Source: Vicinamibacterales bacterium (lineage in GTDB: Bacteria > Acidobacteriota > Vicinamibacteria > Vicinamibacterales > CAVVIG01). From it: 64,000 nt of DNA. The stretch covers positions 503,204-567,203 of the forward strand of contig JBFWPN010000003.1 in the NCBI GenBank assembly GCA_050249955.1, read 5' to 3'. This document shows positions 36,200-44,960 of the stretch, in pieces (the stretch's first letter is position 1; each line of letters opens with the position of its first letter). The position numbers were made by a program, and so were the translations under genes. Under the pieces are notes generated by a model. It was not told the origin of the DNA, ran no database searches, and saw only the letters and a program-made list of their open reading frames with translations.

Positions 36200-37504
36200 G
36201 TGAGCAGTCAAACCGCGATCCTCCGCACCAATCGTAATTTTCGGCTGCTGTTCTTCGGACAAACAGTCTCCCAGCTCGGTGACTGGTTCAATTCGGTGGC
36301 GGTGTTCGCACTGCTGCTGGACCTGACCGGCTCGGCCACGGCGGTGGCCTGGATGATGATCGTCCAGTTCCTCCCGATGGCGATCGTCGGGCCGATCGCC
36401 GGCGTGGTGGTCGACCGGGTCGACCGTCGGCGGCTGATGATCGGGACCGATCTCGTCCGGGGCGTCCTGGTGCTCGGGCTCCTGCTGGTGCGGACGCGCG
36501 AGCAGGTCTGGCTTGCCTACGTCGTGATGGCCCTGACCGTGACCGGGACCGCCTTCTTCGAGCCGGCCCGGACGGCGACCATCCCGAACGTCACCAGCAA
36601 GGACGAACTGATGCCGGCCAACGCGCTGGCCAGCGCCACGTGGGCGGCCATGCTGGCCATTGGCGCGTCGATCGGCGGGCTGGTAACCGCGATCGCCGGC
36701 CGCGAGATCGCCTTCGTGATCAACGGGGCCTCCTTCTTCACCTCGGCCTGGTTCATCAGCCGGACGACCTACGACTCGACGCCCACGCCAAAGGCACCGC
36801 TGCAGGGGTGGTATGCCCTCTCCGGCCTCCCCGACATGCTCGAGGGGTTCGACTACGTCCGGCGACGCGCGCACATCTCGGCCATCATGTTCGTGAAGGC
36901 AGGCTGGGGGCTGGCGGGCGGCGTGCTGCTGCTGCTGACCGTCTTCGGCCAGCGTGTGTTCCCGATCGCCGGCAGCACGGCGGCCGGTATCGGCGTGCTC
37001 TACGGCGCGCGCGGCATCGGCGCCGGCCTGGGCCCCATGGCGCTGCGGTGGCTGCTCGGGCAGACGCCGACCACCATGCGCCGGTCCATTGGACCGGCGT
37101 ACTTCATGGTCGGCGGGTTCTACATCGCGCTCGCCGCCGCGCAGGGACTTCCGCTGGCAGCCGTCTGCGTACTGCTGGCCCACTTCGGTGGATCGATCCT
37201 GTGGGTCTTCAGCACCGTGCTGCTGCAGATGGAGGTGCCCGACGAGTTCCGCGGCCGCGTGTTCGCCGCCGAACTCGCGCTGGTCACGCTCACGTCCTCG
37301 ATTTCGAGCTACGCGACCGGGTACGCGCTCGACGACCTCGGCTGGTCACCGCGCACGCTGGCCTTCTGGCTGGGATCCGGCTTTGCCGTGCCGGGCGGGC
37401 TCTGGCTGGTGATGAACGCACGCTGGAAGGCCGCGGAGCGGCTGGAGACGCCGAGCACCACCCAGTCGGGCGAGGAAGAAATGCTGGAGGGACGGATCGG
37501 GTAA
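36200..37504 (+). CDS. MFS transporter (DHA3/EntS-like)
   Basis: NFRLLFFGQTVSQLGDW, GVVVDRVDRRRLM, VPDEFRGRV. Confidence 0.92.
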   Translation: MSSQTAILRTNRNFRLLFFGQTVSQLGDWFNSVAVFALLLDLTGSATAVAWMMIVQFLPMAIVGPIAGVVVDRVDRRRLMIGTDLVRGVLVLGLLLVRTREQVWLAYVVMALTVTGTAFFEPARTATIPNVTSKDELMPANALASATWAAMLAIGASIGGLVTAIAGREIAFVINGASFFTSAWFISRTTYDSTPTPKAPLQGWYALSGLPDMLEGFDYVRRRAHISAIMFVKAGWGLAGGVLLLLTVFGQRVFPIAGSTAAGIGVLYGARGIGAGLGPMALRWLLGQTPTTMRRSIGPAYFMVGGFYIALAAAQGLPLAAVCVLLAHFGGSILWVFSTVLLQMEVPDEFRGRVFAAELALVTLTSSISSYATGYALDDLGWSPRTLAFWLGSGFAVPGGLWLVMNARWKAAERLETPSTTQSGEEEMLEGRIG

Positions 37505-37765
37505 TCAACCAGCCTTGTTCTTGATTTCCCCCATGGCGCTCTGCACCAGTTCCTTCGCGTCGCTCAACTGCTCGAGAACGAGGGCGATGTCCATCTTCGG
37601 CCGTCCTGGGAACCGCTCGCTCCGGCAGTAGACGCCGTGCTGGCCCACCAGGGCCAGCGAATCAGTGAGCAGGTCGAGCGCCACGGCAAGCCGGCCGCGG
37701 GCCGGTCCCATCATCGTCTCGTGGTGCTCGAGCGCGTCCTGGTGCTTCTGGAAGGGCGACGACAT
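37505..37765 (-). CDS. Small hypothetical helical protein (86 aa)
   Basis: Coding-like composition; ATG 8 nt after the SDR stop. Confidence 0.65.
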   Translation of the reverse strand: MSSPFQKHQDALEHHETMMGPARGRLAVALDLLTDSLALVGQHGVYCRSERFPGRPKMDIALVLEQLSDAKELVQSAMGEIKNKAG

Positions 37766-37773
37766 CCGCGGGC

Positions 37774-38499
37774 CTACTTCTTCGGGGGCTTCGAGGGCCG
37801 GACTTCGATGTAGCTCGGCAGCGTGCGGCTGTCGAGCGAGAGCAGGTCGATCACGAGATCGCCGAGGTCGGACGCACCGATCTTCCACTCGGCGCCCGCA
37901 TCGGCCGGTCCGCCGCCAAAGCCGGTGGCCACCGATCCGGGTGCAATCGTCGTCACCTTGATGTTGTCGTGGCGCACTTCCTGGTTCAGCACCTCGCCGA
38001 ACTGGTTGAGCGCAGCCTTCGACGCGCAGTAGGCACCAGCGCCGACGAACGCATTCTTGCCGGCGAGGCTGCTGATGTTCAGGATGTAGCCCCCGCCCCG
38101 CGTGCGCAGCGCGGGAATCGCGGCGTGGCAGACATTGAAGACGCCCGTCACGTTCGTGTCGATCGTCTCCGACCACTGCTCGCGCGTCATCTCGGCGATG
38201 TTCACGAAGCGGCCCAGGCCGGCGTTGTTGACGACGATGTCGAGGCCCCCGAAGCGGGCGACCGCCTCCTCGATCCCCTGGTGCACCGCGGCGTAGTCGC
38301 GGACGTCGATGACATACCCCTCGGCGGCGCCGCCATCCAACGCCTGCAGCCGCATGCGCGCGTCCACGAGACTCGCACCATCACGCCCGGTGATCACCAC
38401 GTTCACGCCATGTGATACCAGGGCATGCGCGATGCCGTACCCGATCCCCTTCGACCCGCCCGTGACGAGCGCAACCTGCCCACGCAGTTCCTTTTTCAT
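37774..38499 (-). CDS. SDR family oxidoreductase
   Basis: TGGSKGIG, NNAG, YCASK. Confidence 0.93.
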   Translation of the reverse strand: MKKELRGQVALVTGGSKGIGYGIAHALVSHGVNVVITGRDGASLVDARMRLQALDGGAAEGYVIDVRDYAAVHQGIEEAVARFGGLDIVVNNAGLGRFVNIAEMTREQWSETIDTNVTGVFNVCHAAIPALRTRGGGYILNISSLAGKNAFVGAGAYCASKAALNQFGEVLNQEVRHDNIKVTTIAPGSVATGFGGGPADAGAEWKIGASDLGDLVIDLLSLDSRTLPSYIEVRPSKPPKK

Positions 38500-38524
38500 G
38501 GCTCCATTACAATAGCCCACACGC

Positions 38525-39361
38525 ATGATTGACGTCGCCATCATCGGGGCCGGCGAGCTGGGCGGATCCGTCGCCCACGTGCTCGCGCGACGCGAGATCG
38601 TCAGGCGCATCCAGCTCATCGATCCTGCTGGCCAGGTCGCAGCGGGCAAGGCGCTGGACATCATGCAGACCGGGCCGGTGGAAGGCTTCACGACCCCGGT
38701 CGCGGGCACGACCGACCTCACCCGCGTGGCCGGTGCCTCCCTCGTGGTCATCGCCGATCCGGCGAAACCCAGGGACGGCGGCGACGACCTGCTGGTCCTG
38801 CGCCAGATCTCGCAACTGGCGGCCCGCGCGCTCGTCCTCTGCGCGGGAGTGGACGGCCGCACGCTCGTGGAAAGGGGCGTCCGCGACCTGCGCTACGGAC
38901 ACGCGCGTCTCGTCGGTTCGGCGCCCGAGGCGCTGGCCGCCTCGATCCGGGCGCTCGTCGCCCTGCAGACCGACACCTCCGTACGCGACATCGCGCTCTC
39001 GGTGCTTGGCGTTCCACCCGGCCAGGTCGTGGTCAACTGGGACGATGCGGCGGTGGGCGGGTTCGCGGCGATCCGGGTACTCGACGAACCACTGCGTCGG
39101 CGGCTCAGCGCACAGGTATCGGCGCTCTGGCCGCCCGGCCCGCACGCGCTGGCCCATGCGGCGGCCGACGCGGTGTCCGCGATCTGCGGCATCTCACGGC
39201 GCTCGCTCAGCTGCTTCGTCGCCCCGGACGACCGGGCGGGGCGACGCGCGCGCGCCATCGCCCAGCCGGTCCGGCTCGGACCGTCCGGCGTCGCCAGCGT
39301 CGACCTGCCGACACTCAGCGTCGCCACGCGCGTCGCGCTCGACAACGCCATGCTGCTCTAG
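38525..39361 (+). CDS. Malate/lactate dehydrogenase-like protein lacking catalytic residues
   Basis: IIGAGELG, AAGKALDI; NP, DxxR and catalytic His motifs absent. Confidence 0.75.
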   Translation: MIDVAIIGAGELGGSVAHVLARREIVRRIQLIDPAGQVAAGKALDIMQTGPVEGFTTPVAGTTDLTRVAGASLVVIADPAKPRDGGDDLLVLRQISQLAARALVLCAGVDGRTLVERGVRDLRYGHARLVGSAPEALAASIRALVALQTDTSVRDIALSVLGVPPGQVVVNWDDAAVGGFAAIRVLDEPLRRRLSAQVSALWPPGPHALAHAAADAVSAICGISRRSLSCFVAPDDRAGRRARAIAQPVRLGPSGVASVDLPTLSVATRVALDNAMLL

Positions 39362-39374
39362 CGGGCGCGCCCGA

Positions 39375-39573
39375 CCTCACCCATTCCCCATCGCCAGCGA
39401 CACAGGTCTTCCCGCCACACGGTTCAACGCGTGGATGCTGTACGTCTGTACGGGAGCGGGGAAGAGGTGAGGGAAGCGGTCTGTCCGGATTGATCGGGTC
39501 GGGATAACCACGCCGCGGCCGTATGCCGGCCTGCAGACCTTGTGGCTACCCTCGACCGTCGATCAATTCCGGA
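39375..39573 (-). ncRNA. Candidate structured RNA (two long imperfect hairpins), family unknown
   Basis: Nested stems whose G-U pairs only work on the minus strand. Confidence 0.4.
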
Positions 39574-39603
39574 AAGAATCGAAGCAAGAAGCGGGCCCGC
39601 GCA

Positions 39604-40218
39604 TCATGCGGTCGCGTGATGCAGCGTGAGCCCGCCGGCGAAGTCGGCCAGCTGCTTGCGCAGGATGAGCCGGCCGCGGTGCAGCCTCGACTTCAGCGTC
39701 TGATCCTTCACGCGCAGGATCTCGCTCGCCTCCTCGGTCGACATCCCCTGGATGTCGCGGAGCATCACCGGCGCGCGGTAGATGGCGGGCAGCGACAGGA
39801 TGGCGCTGAACACCTTGCGGCGCAACTGTGACCGGAAGACCTGCTCGTCGGCCATATCGGACCAGTCGGCAATCTCGTGACGCGCGCCGCCCATCTCATC
39901 GCCTTCAGCCGCGGTGATCGACAGCTCGTCGTTCTGCGTCCGCTGGTACTTCGCCGTCCGGAGGCGCGACATCGACGCGTTGAACGTGATCCGGTAGATC
40001 CAGGACGAAAGGGCCGCGTCTCCGCGGAACGCCCCGACCTTCCGGTACACCTTATAGAGAACGTCCTGCATCACCTCCTCGGCGTCTTCCTTGTTGCGGA
40101 GGTAGCGGAACGCAAGCTGGTAAATCTTGGACCCATACGCCTCGGCCAGGTCGCGGAGTGCCGATTCGTCTCCGGCCTGTAACCGGGCGAGCAGAAGCTC
40201 ATCCTTCGTGTCTCTCAT
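39604..40218 (-). CDS. ECF RNA polymerase sigma factor
   Basis: DAEEVMQD, SSWIYRITFN, LRDIQGMSTEE..TLKSRLHRGR; SD gaggga. Confidence 0.93.
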   Translation of the reverse strand: MRDTKDELLLARLQAGDESALRDLAEAYGSKIYQLAFRYLRNKEDAEEVMQDVLYKVYRKVGAFRGDAALSSWIYRITFNASMSRLRTAKYQRTQNDELSITAAEGDEMGGARHEIADWSDMADEQVFRSQLRRKVFSAILSLPAIYRAPVMLRDIQGMSTEEASEILRVKDQTLKSRLHRGRLILRKQLADFAGGLTLHHATA

Positions 40219-40239
40219 TCGTCCCTCGCTGGCATTGAA

Positions 40240-40265
40240 AACACCGGGCGCGCCGAAAATATTCC
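40240..40265 (-). promoter_or_regulatory. Candidate autoregulatory ECF promoter GGAAT-N17-TGTT
   Basis: Motif upstream of the ECF sigma start. Confidence 0.4.
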
Positions 40266-40364
40266 GGAGGCACGCCGGGACTGGATAAGCTCCTGATGGG
40301 CATCGACTTACCCATCTGTGTGACCAGCAGGCGAAATCGGGCCGCAGGCCCTGGATGTGGAGGG

Positions 40365-41069
40365 TTACCGCAGGGCGAGGGCAATCAGCACGGTTGGCGC
40401 GAGAATCCCCACGGCGAGGACCAGCCCGAGCAGCGCACCGGCGACCGGTCGACCGAAATTGAGGGTCCACCGTCGGCCGTCGCGGGTGGGGACGAAGAGC
40501 GCCGGATCGTCGGCGTTCTTGTAGAGCTGTCCCAGGCGCCAGTGCTCCGGCATGAACGGACGCGGCTCAGGGCGTCCAAGCCGACGATGTGCCCGGACCG
40601 CGATGGCGATCGACAGCAGACCGCCGGCCATCTCGCCGAGGTTGTAGAAGGGCAGCGTCGCCTGCTGGCTCATCCACAATCGCGCCAGCGTCACGGCCGC
40701 GTAACCCTGGAAGGTGATCCAGGTGGCCGCCAGCAGCACCACCGCCTCGGCCGCCGTCGCCGCCGCCTTCACGTCCGGGGCATCGTGATCGTGATCGCCG
40801 TGCGCGCGCGAGAGCAGCAACGCCGCCACCGCCCCGAAGGTCACGGCCAGCAGGGCCTGCACACCCACGGGAATCAGGACCCGCGGGAGCGTGCGATATT
40901 GCCAGCCGTTGGGAGCGCCGTTCGGACCGAAGTGCACCGGCAGCAGGTCCGGCAGCGCCGGATACTCGATGAGCAGGTACAGCGCGGTGGCGAGTGTCAC
41001 CAGTCCGATGGTCAGCGCCGCTGCCCGTGTCAGGGGTGTCGGCGACACCAGGCGCGCCCTTCGCATCAC
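40365..41069 (-). CDS. DUF1648/DUF5808-type membrane protein
   Basis: LPDLLPVHFG..G.PNGW; W..G..Y.N.DDPALFVP.R....TLNFG. Confidence 0.8.
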   Translation of the reverse strand: MMRRARLVSPTPLTRAAALTIGLVTLATALYLLIEYPALPDLLPVHFGPNGAPNGWQYRTLPRVLIPVGVQALLAVTFGAVAALLLSRAHGDHDHDAPDVKAAATAAEAVVLLAATWITFQGYAAVTLARLWMSQQATLPFYNLGEMAGGLLSIAIAVRAHRRLGRPEPRPFMPEHWRLGQLYKNADDPALFVPTRDGRRWTLNFGRPVAGALLGLVLAVGILAPTVLIALALR

Positions 41070-41737
41070 CGATCCACCTCGGCGGCGGCCTCGACAACCT
41101 CGCGCCCGAACACCTCGCCGAAGCGAAGGGCAATCCGCTGCTCCACCTCACGCCTGGATGCCGTGCAGCCCAGCGTCGACAGCGACGTGACCCCCTTGTC
41201 CGAGATGCCGCACGGCACAATCAGGTTGAAGTGCGACAGGTCGGTCGTATGGTTCAGCGCGAACCCGTGGCTGGTGACCCATCGCTGGATCCGCACGCCA
41301 ATCGCAGCCAGCTTCTCGTCCCCCACCCAGACCCCGGTGAGGCCGGGCACCCGCCCCGCGGTGATGCCGTAGTCGGCCGCCACCCGGATGAGCACCTCCT
41401 CGATGTCGCGCACGTACTTGTGCACGTCACGACGGTCGGGGTTGAGGTCGACGATCGGGTACCCGACGATCTGTCCTGGACCGTGGTAGGTGATGTCGCC
41501 GCCGCGCCCGGTTTCGAACACCCCGATCTGCCGCGCCGCCAGTTCCTCATCAGACGCCAGGATATGCGACCGCCCGCCATCGCCGCGCACGCCCAGGGTC
41601 AGCACCGAGGGATGCTCGACGAGCAGCAGCACGTCGGTGGTCGTGCCTGCACGGCGCTGCTCGACCAGGCGCTTCTGCAGGTCGAGCGCGTCGCCGTAGG
41701 CCATCAGGCCGAGCTGTCGGACCTCGAGGGTGCGCAT
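41066..41737 (-). CDS. lipB: Lipoyl(octanoyl) transferase
   Basis: RGGDITYHGPGQ, KLAAIG, SHGFALN, IVPCGI. Confidence 0.95.
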   Translation of the reverse strand: MRTLEVRQLGLMAYGDALDLQKRLVEQRRAGTTTDVLLLVEHPSVLTLGVRGDGGRSHILASDEELAARQIGVFETGRGGDITYHGPGQIVGYPIVDLNPDRRDVHKYVRDIEEVLIRVAADYGITAGRVPGLTGVWVGDEKLAAIGVRIQRWVTSHGFALNHTTDLSHFNLIVPCGISDKGVTSLSTLGCTASRREVEQRIALRFGEVFGREVVEAAAEVDR

Positions 41738-41792
41738 GTCCGTATCCCCGACTATCGGACGATCGCGGGCACTTCGTGGGTGCCCGGCTCGG

Positions 41793-43094
41793 TCAGGCGT
41801 TGGCCGGGTCCCAGTGTTCCAGCTGGTGCTTGATGAGCGCCATGAACTGGTCGCCGACCGCCCCATCGACGAGGCGGTGGTCGAAGGCCATCGCCTGGTA
41901 TCCCATCAACCGGATGCCGATCGCATCGTCGATGACCACGGCGCGCTTCTCGATGGCGCCCACGGCGAGGATCCCGACCTGCGGCTGGTTGATGATCGGG
42001 AGGCCGAACTGGGCACCGATGCCGCCTGGGTTGGTCACCGTGAAGGTACCGCCCTGCACCTCGTCCGGCCTGAGCTGCTTGGCCCTGGCGCGGTCGGCCA
42101 GGTCGGCAATGGCCTTCGCGATGCCAAGCAGGTTCTTCTCGTCGGCGGACTTGATGACGGGGACGATCAGGCCCCAGTCGAGCGCCACCGCGATGCCGAT
42201 GTTGATGGCCCGGTGATAGGTGACATTGCCGTTCGCGTCGAGGGACGCATTCAGGATGGGAATCTGGCGCAGCGCGTCCACCGTGGCCTTCACGATGAAC
42301 GCGAGATAGGTGAGCTTCGCCCCGTGCGCCTCGTACTCGGCCTTCCTCGCCTTGCGGATCTGGTCGATCCGGCTGTAGTTCACCTCGAACACCGTGTGAA
42401 CGTGGGCCGACGTGCGCTTGCTGAGCACCATGTGCTCGGCGATCTTGCGGCGCATCACCGAGAGCGGTACCGTCTGGCCGGCCAGGCCGGCGCCGGTGGC
42501 CGGCGTGTGACCCGACGTGTGCGCCTGCGTCGGTAGCGCCTGGGAAGGCGCGGCCGGCCGGGGTGCGGCGATGTACCCGAGGATGTCCTGCTTGGTCACC
42601 CGTCCGCTCACGCCGGTGCCATGGACCTGGGTGATGTCGACGTGGTGCTCCTGGGCGATCCGTCGCACGAGCGGCGATGACTTCTGCCGCAGCCGCTCCT
42701 CGACCGTGCCGGCGGCCGCCTGTGGGGCCGCGGGAGGTGCGGGCACCGGTGCTGCCGGAGCCGGAGGCGCCGCGCTGGTCGGTGCCCCGTCTGCCTGGGC
42801 GCGTGGCGCGGGGGGCGCCTCAGCCGTCGCCGCAGGCACCGCGGCCGGCTGCGTGCCGGCTGGTGCAATGACGGCCACCACCGAGTTCACCGGCACCGTC
42901 TCACCTTCGCGGGCACGGATCTCGGTCAGGACACCGGCGGCCGGCGACGGAATCTCCGCGTCCACCTTGTCGGTCGAGATCTCGAAGAGCGGTTCGTCAC
43001 GATCGACCGTGTCGCCCACCTTCTTGATCCAGCGAACGATCGTCCCCTCGGCGATCGACTCGCCCATCTGCGGCATCAAAACGTCGCTGGCCAT
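41793..43094 (-). CDS. 2-oxoacid dehydrogenase E2 (dihydrolipoamide acyltransferase, SucB-like)
   Basis: Lipoyl domain ISTDKV, E3-binding SPLVRRIA..GTGVSGRVTKQD, FDHRLVDG. Confidence 0.93.
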   Translation of the reverse strand: MASDVLMPQMGESIAEGTIVRWIKKVGDTVDRDEPLFEISTDKVDAEIPSPAAGVLTEIRAREGETVPVNSVVAVIAPAGTQPAAVPAATAEAPPAPRAQADGAPTSAAPPAPAAPVPAPPAAPQAAAGTVEERLRQKSSPLVRRIAQEHHVDITQVHGTGVSGRVTKQDILGYIAAPRPAAPSQALPTQAHTSGHTPATGAGLAGQTVPLSVMRRKIAEHMVLSKRTSAHVHTVFEVNYSRIDQIRKARKAEYEAHGAKLTYLAFIVKATVDALRQIPILNASLDANGNVTYHRAINIGIAVALDWGLIVPVIKSADEKNLLGIAKAIADLADRARAKQLRPDEVQGGTFTVTNPGGIGAQFGLPIINQPQVGILAVGAIEKRAVVIDDAIGIRLMGYQAMAFDHRLVDGAVGDQFMALIKHQLEHWDPANA

Positions 43095-43099
43095 ATTCA

Positions 43100-43180
43100 A
43101 TCGGTGATCGCTGATTGCTGTTCGCTGATTGCTGACGTGCCGCAACCGCACAAGTTCTGACGTCTGACTTCAGAGTCCTG
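43100..43180. repeat. Two adjacent heptamer arrays (ATTGCTG-like x5; ACTTCTG-like x4)
   Basis: atcggtg atcgctg attgctg ttcgctg attgctg; agttctg acgtctg acttcag agtcctg. Confidence 0.75.
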
Positions 43181-43190
43181 AACGCCCGCT

Positions 43191-44618
43191 TCACATATGG
43201 ATCGCGGCGCCGTGCGTCGCGTGCGCCGCCTCACCCACCGCCTCCGCCATCGTCGGATGTGCGTGGATGGTGCGGATCAGCTCCTCGACCGTCGACTCGA
43301 GCCGCAGCGCGAGCGTGGCTTCAGCCACCAGCTCGGTGGCCCGCGGCCCGATCATGTGCACGCCCAGGATCTCGTCGTACTTCTTCTCGGCGACGATCTT
43401 GACGAAACCTTCGGTCTCGCCCGCCATCTTGGCGCGACCGAGCACACCGAAGGGGAACGTGCCGACCCGGACGTCGAAACCCTTCTCGATGGCGGCCTTC
43501 TCGGTCAGCCCGACGCTGCCGATCTCGGGGTCGCAGTACGTGCAGCCGGGCACGTGGCCGTAGTTGATCGGCTGCACCTCATGCCCGGCAATCCGCTCGG
43601 CGGCGACGATCCCTTCGGCGGACGAGACGTGGGCGAGCTGCGGGTGCGGACCGTTGCCCAGGGTGATGACATCGCCGATGGCGGAGATGCCCGGCACCGT
43701 GGTCCGGAACAGTGCGTCCACCTTGATGTAACCACGGTCCATCTCGACACCCAGCTTCTCGATGTCGAGCCCGGCCGTCACCGGTCCGCGGCCGGTGGCG
43801 ACGAGCAGGTACTCGGCGTGGATCGCCTTCGTCGAACCGTCGGGCAGGGCGGCCTGCACGTCGACGCCGTCGGCCGTCGCCTTCGCGCTGGTCACCTTCG
43901 TCCCGGTGTAGACCGTGATGCCCTTCTTCTTGAACGACTTCTGCAGCTCGGCCGACACGGCCTCATCCTCGACCGGCACCAGGCGCGGCAGCAGTTCGAT
44001 GATCGTGACCTCGGCGCCGAAGCTCCGGAAGATCGAGGCGAACTCGACGCCGACCGCACCACTGCCCATGATGGCGATCGACTTCGGCACGGCCTTCATG
44101 TGGATGGCCTGATCGCTCGTGATGATGCGCTCGTAGTCGAATGCGATGCCGGGCACGCTCCGGGGTGTCGACCCGGTAGCGACGATGATCTCGCGGGTCG
44201 CCTTCAGCGTCTGGGTCTCCCCCTCGAACACCTCCACCACGCCGTTGCCGGCGAGGCGGGCAGTCCCCTTCACCCAGGTGATCTTGTTCTTCTTGAAGAG
44301 GAACTCGACCCCCTTGGTCAGTCCGGTGATGATCTTGTCCTTGCGGGCATGGACCTGCTTCATGTCGATCGAGACCGGCAGGCCGCCGCCGTCGCCGATC
44401 GTCACCCCCCACTCCTTCGCCCCCTGGACGATCTTGAGTGCATGCGCGTGCTCGAGGAGCGCCTTGGTCGGGATGCAGCCCCAGATCAGGCAGGTGCCGC
44501 CGAGCGACTTCTGCTTCTCGACACAGGCCACCTTCAGCCCGAGTTGCGCTGCACGGATGGCAGCCACGTAGCCGCCGGTGCCGGCGCCGATCACGATGAC
44601 GTCGTATTCGTTGGTCAT
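43191..44618 (-). CDS. lpdA: Dihydrolipoyl dehydrogenase
   Basis: GAGTGGY, GGTCLIWGCIP, GSGAVG.E, HAHPTMAE. Confidence 0.96.
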   Translation of the reverse strand: MTNEYDVIVIGAGTGGYVAAIRAAQLGLKVACVEKQKSLGGTCLIWGCIPTKALLEHAHALKIVQGAKEWGVTIGDGGGLPVSIDMKQVHARKDKIITGLTKGVEFLFKKNKITWVKGTARLAGNGVVEVFEGETQTLKATREIIVATGSTPRSVPGIAFDYERIITSDQAIHMKAVPKSIAIMGSGAVGVEFASIFRSFGAEVTIIELLPRLVPVEDEAVSAELQKSFKKKGITVYTGTKVTSAKATADGVDVQAALPDGSTKAIHAEYLLVATGRGPVTAGLDIEKLGVEMDRGYIKVDALFRTTVPGISAIGDVITLGNGPHPQLAHVSSAEGIVAAERIAGHEVQPINYGHVPGCTYCDPEIGSVGLTEKAAIEKGFDVRVGTFPFGVLGRAKMAGETEGFVKIVAEKKYDEILGVHMIGPRATELVAEATLALRLESTVEELIRTIHAHPTMAEAVGEAAHATHGAAIHM

Positions 44619-44884
44619 TTCTTCAGGGATGACAGGGGAATGAACGAGGTAGTCGACGACGCGGGACGCGGTGCCTCCACCGCCGTCCCGGCTTCGGCCT
44701 CGGTGAGGCCGGTGGATGTCTCGAGCCGGCTGGCCCTGACCTTGAGCTGCCCGATCTCGTAGCGAAGTTCCCAGTACGACTCCGACAGGCGCTCGGCGCG
44801 ACGGGTGGCATTCCTGGCGCGCACCAGGGCCACCACGGCGACGACCGCGGCAAGCACGGCGATGATCAGCGCGAAGGTCAACAA
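44615..44884 (-). CDS. Small membrane protein with coiled-coil segment
   Basis: N-terminal TM; ATGA overlap with lpdA start; TTG start. Confidence 0.65.
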   Translation of the reverse strand: MLTFALIIAVLAAVVAVVALVRARNATRRAERLSESYWELRYEIGQLKVRASRLETSTGLTEAEAGTAVEAPRPASSTTSFIPLSSLKK

Positions 44885-44891
44885 ACACAGT

Positions 44892-44935
44892 ACGTTAACG
44901 AACGGCTTGCAACAGTGTCAACCGCCTGAGACAAT
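44892..44935. promoter_or_regulatory. Overlapping divergent sigma70-type promoters
   Basis: Minus TTGACA-N18-TAACGT; plus TTGCAA-N17-GACAAT. Confidence 0.55.
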
Positions 44936-44960
44936 ACCGGCTCCCCCACGTGTACCTCCG

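Noticed and set aside
39484-39573. SRP (4.5S) or 6S RNA identity for the long hairpin
   Set aside because: It lacks the GNRA loop and CAGG/AGCAG helix-8 motif, and there is no single ~180-nt rod with a central bubble; kept only as an unknown RNA candidate.
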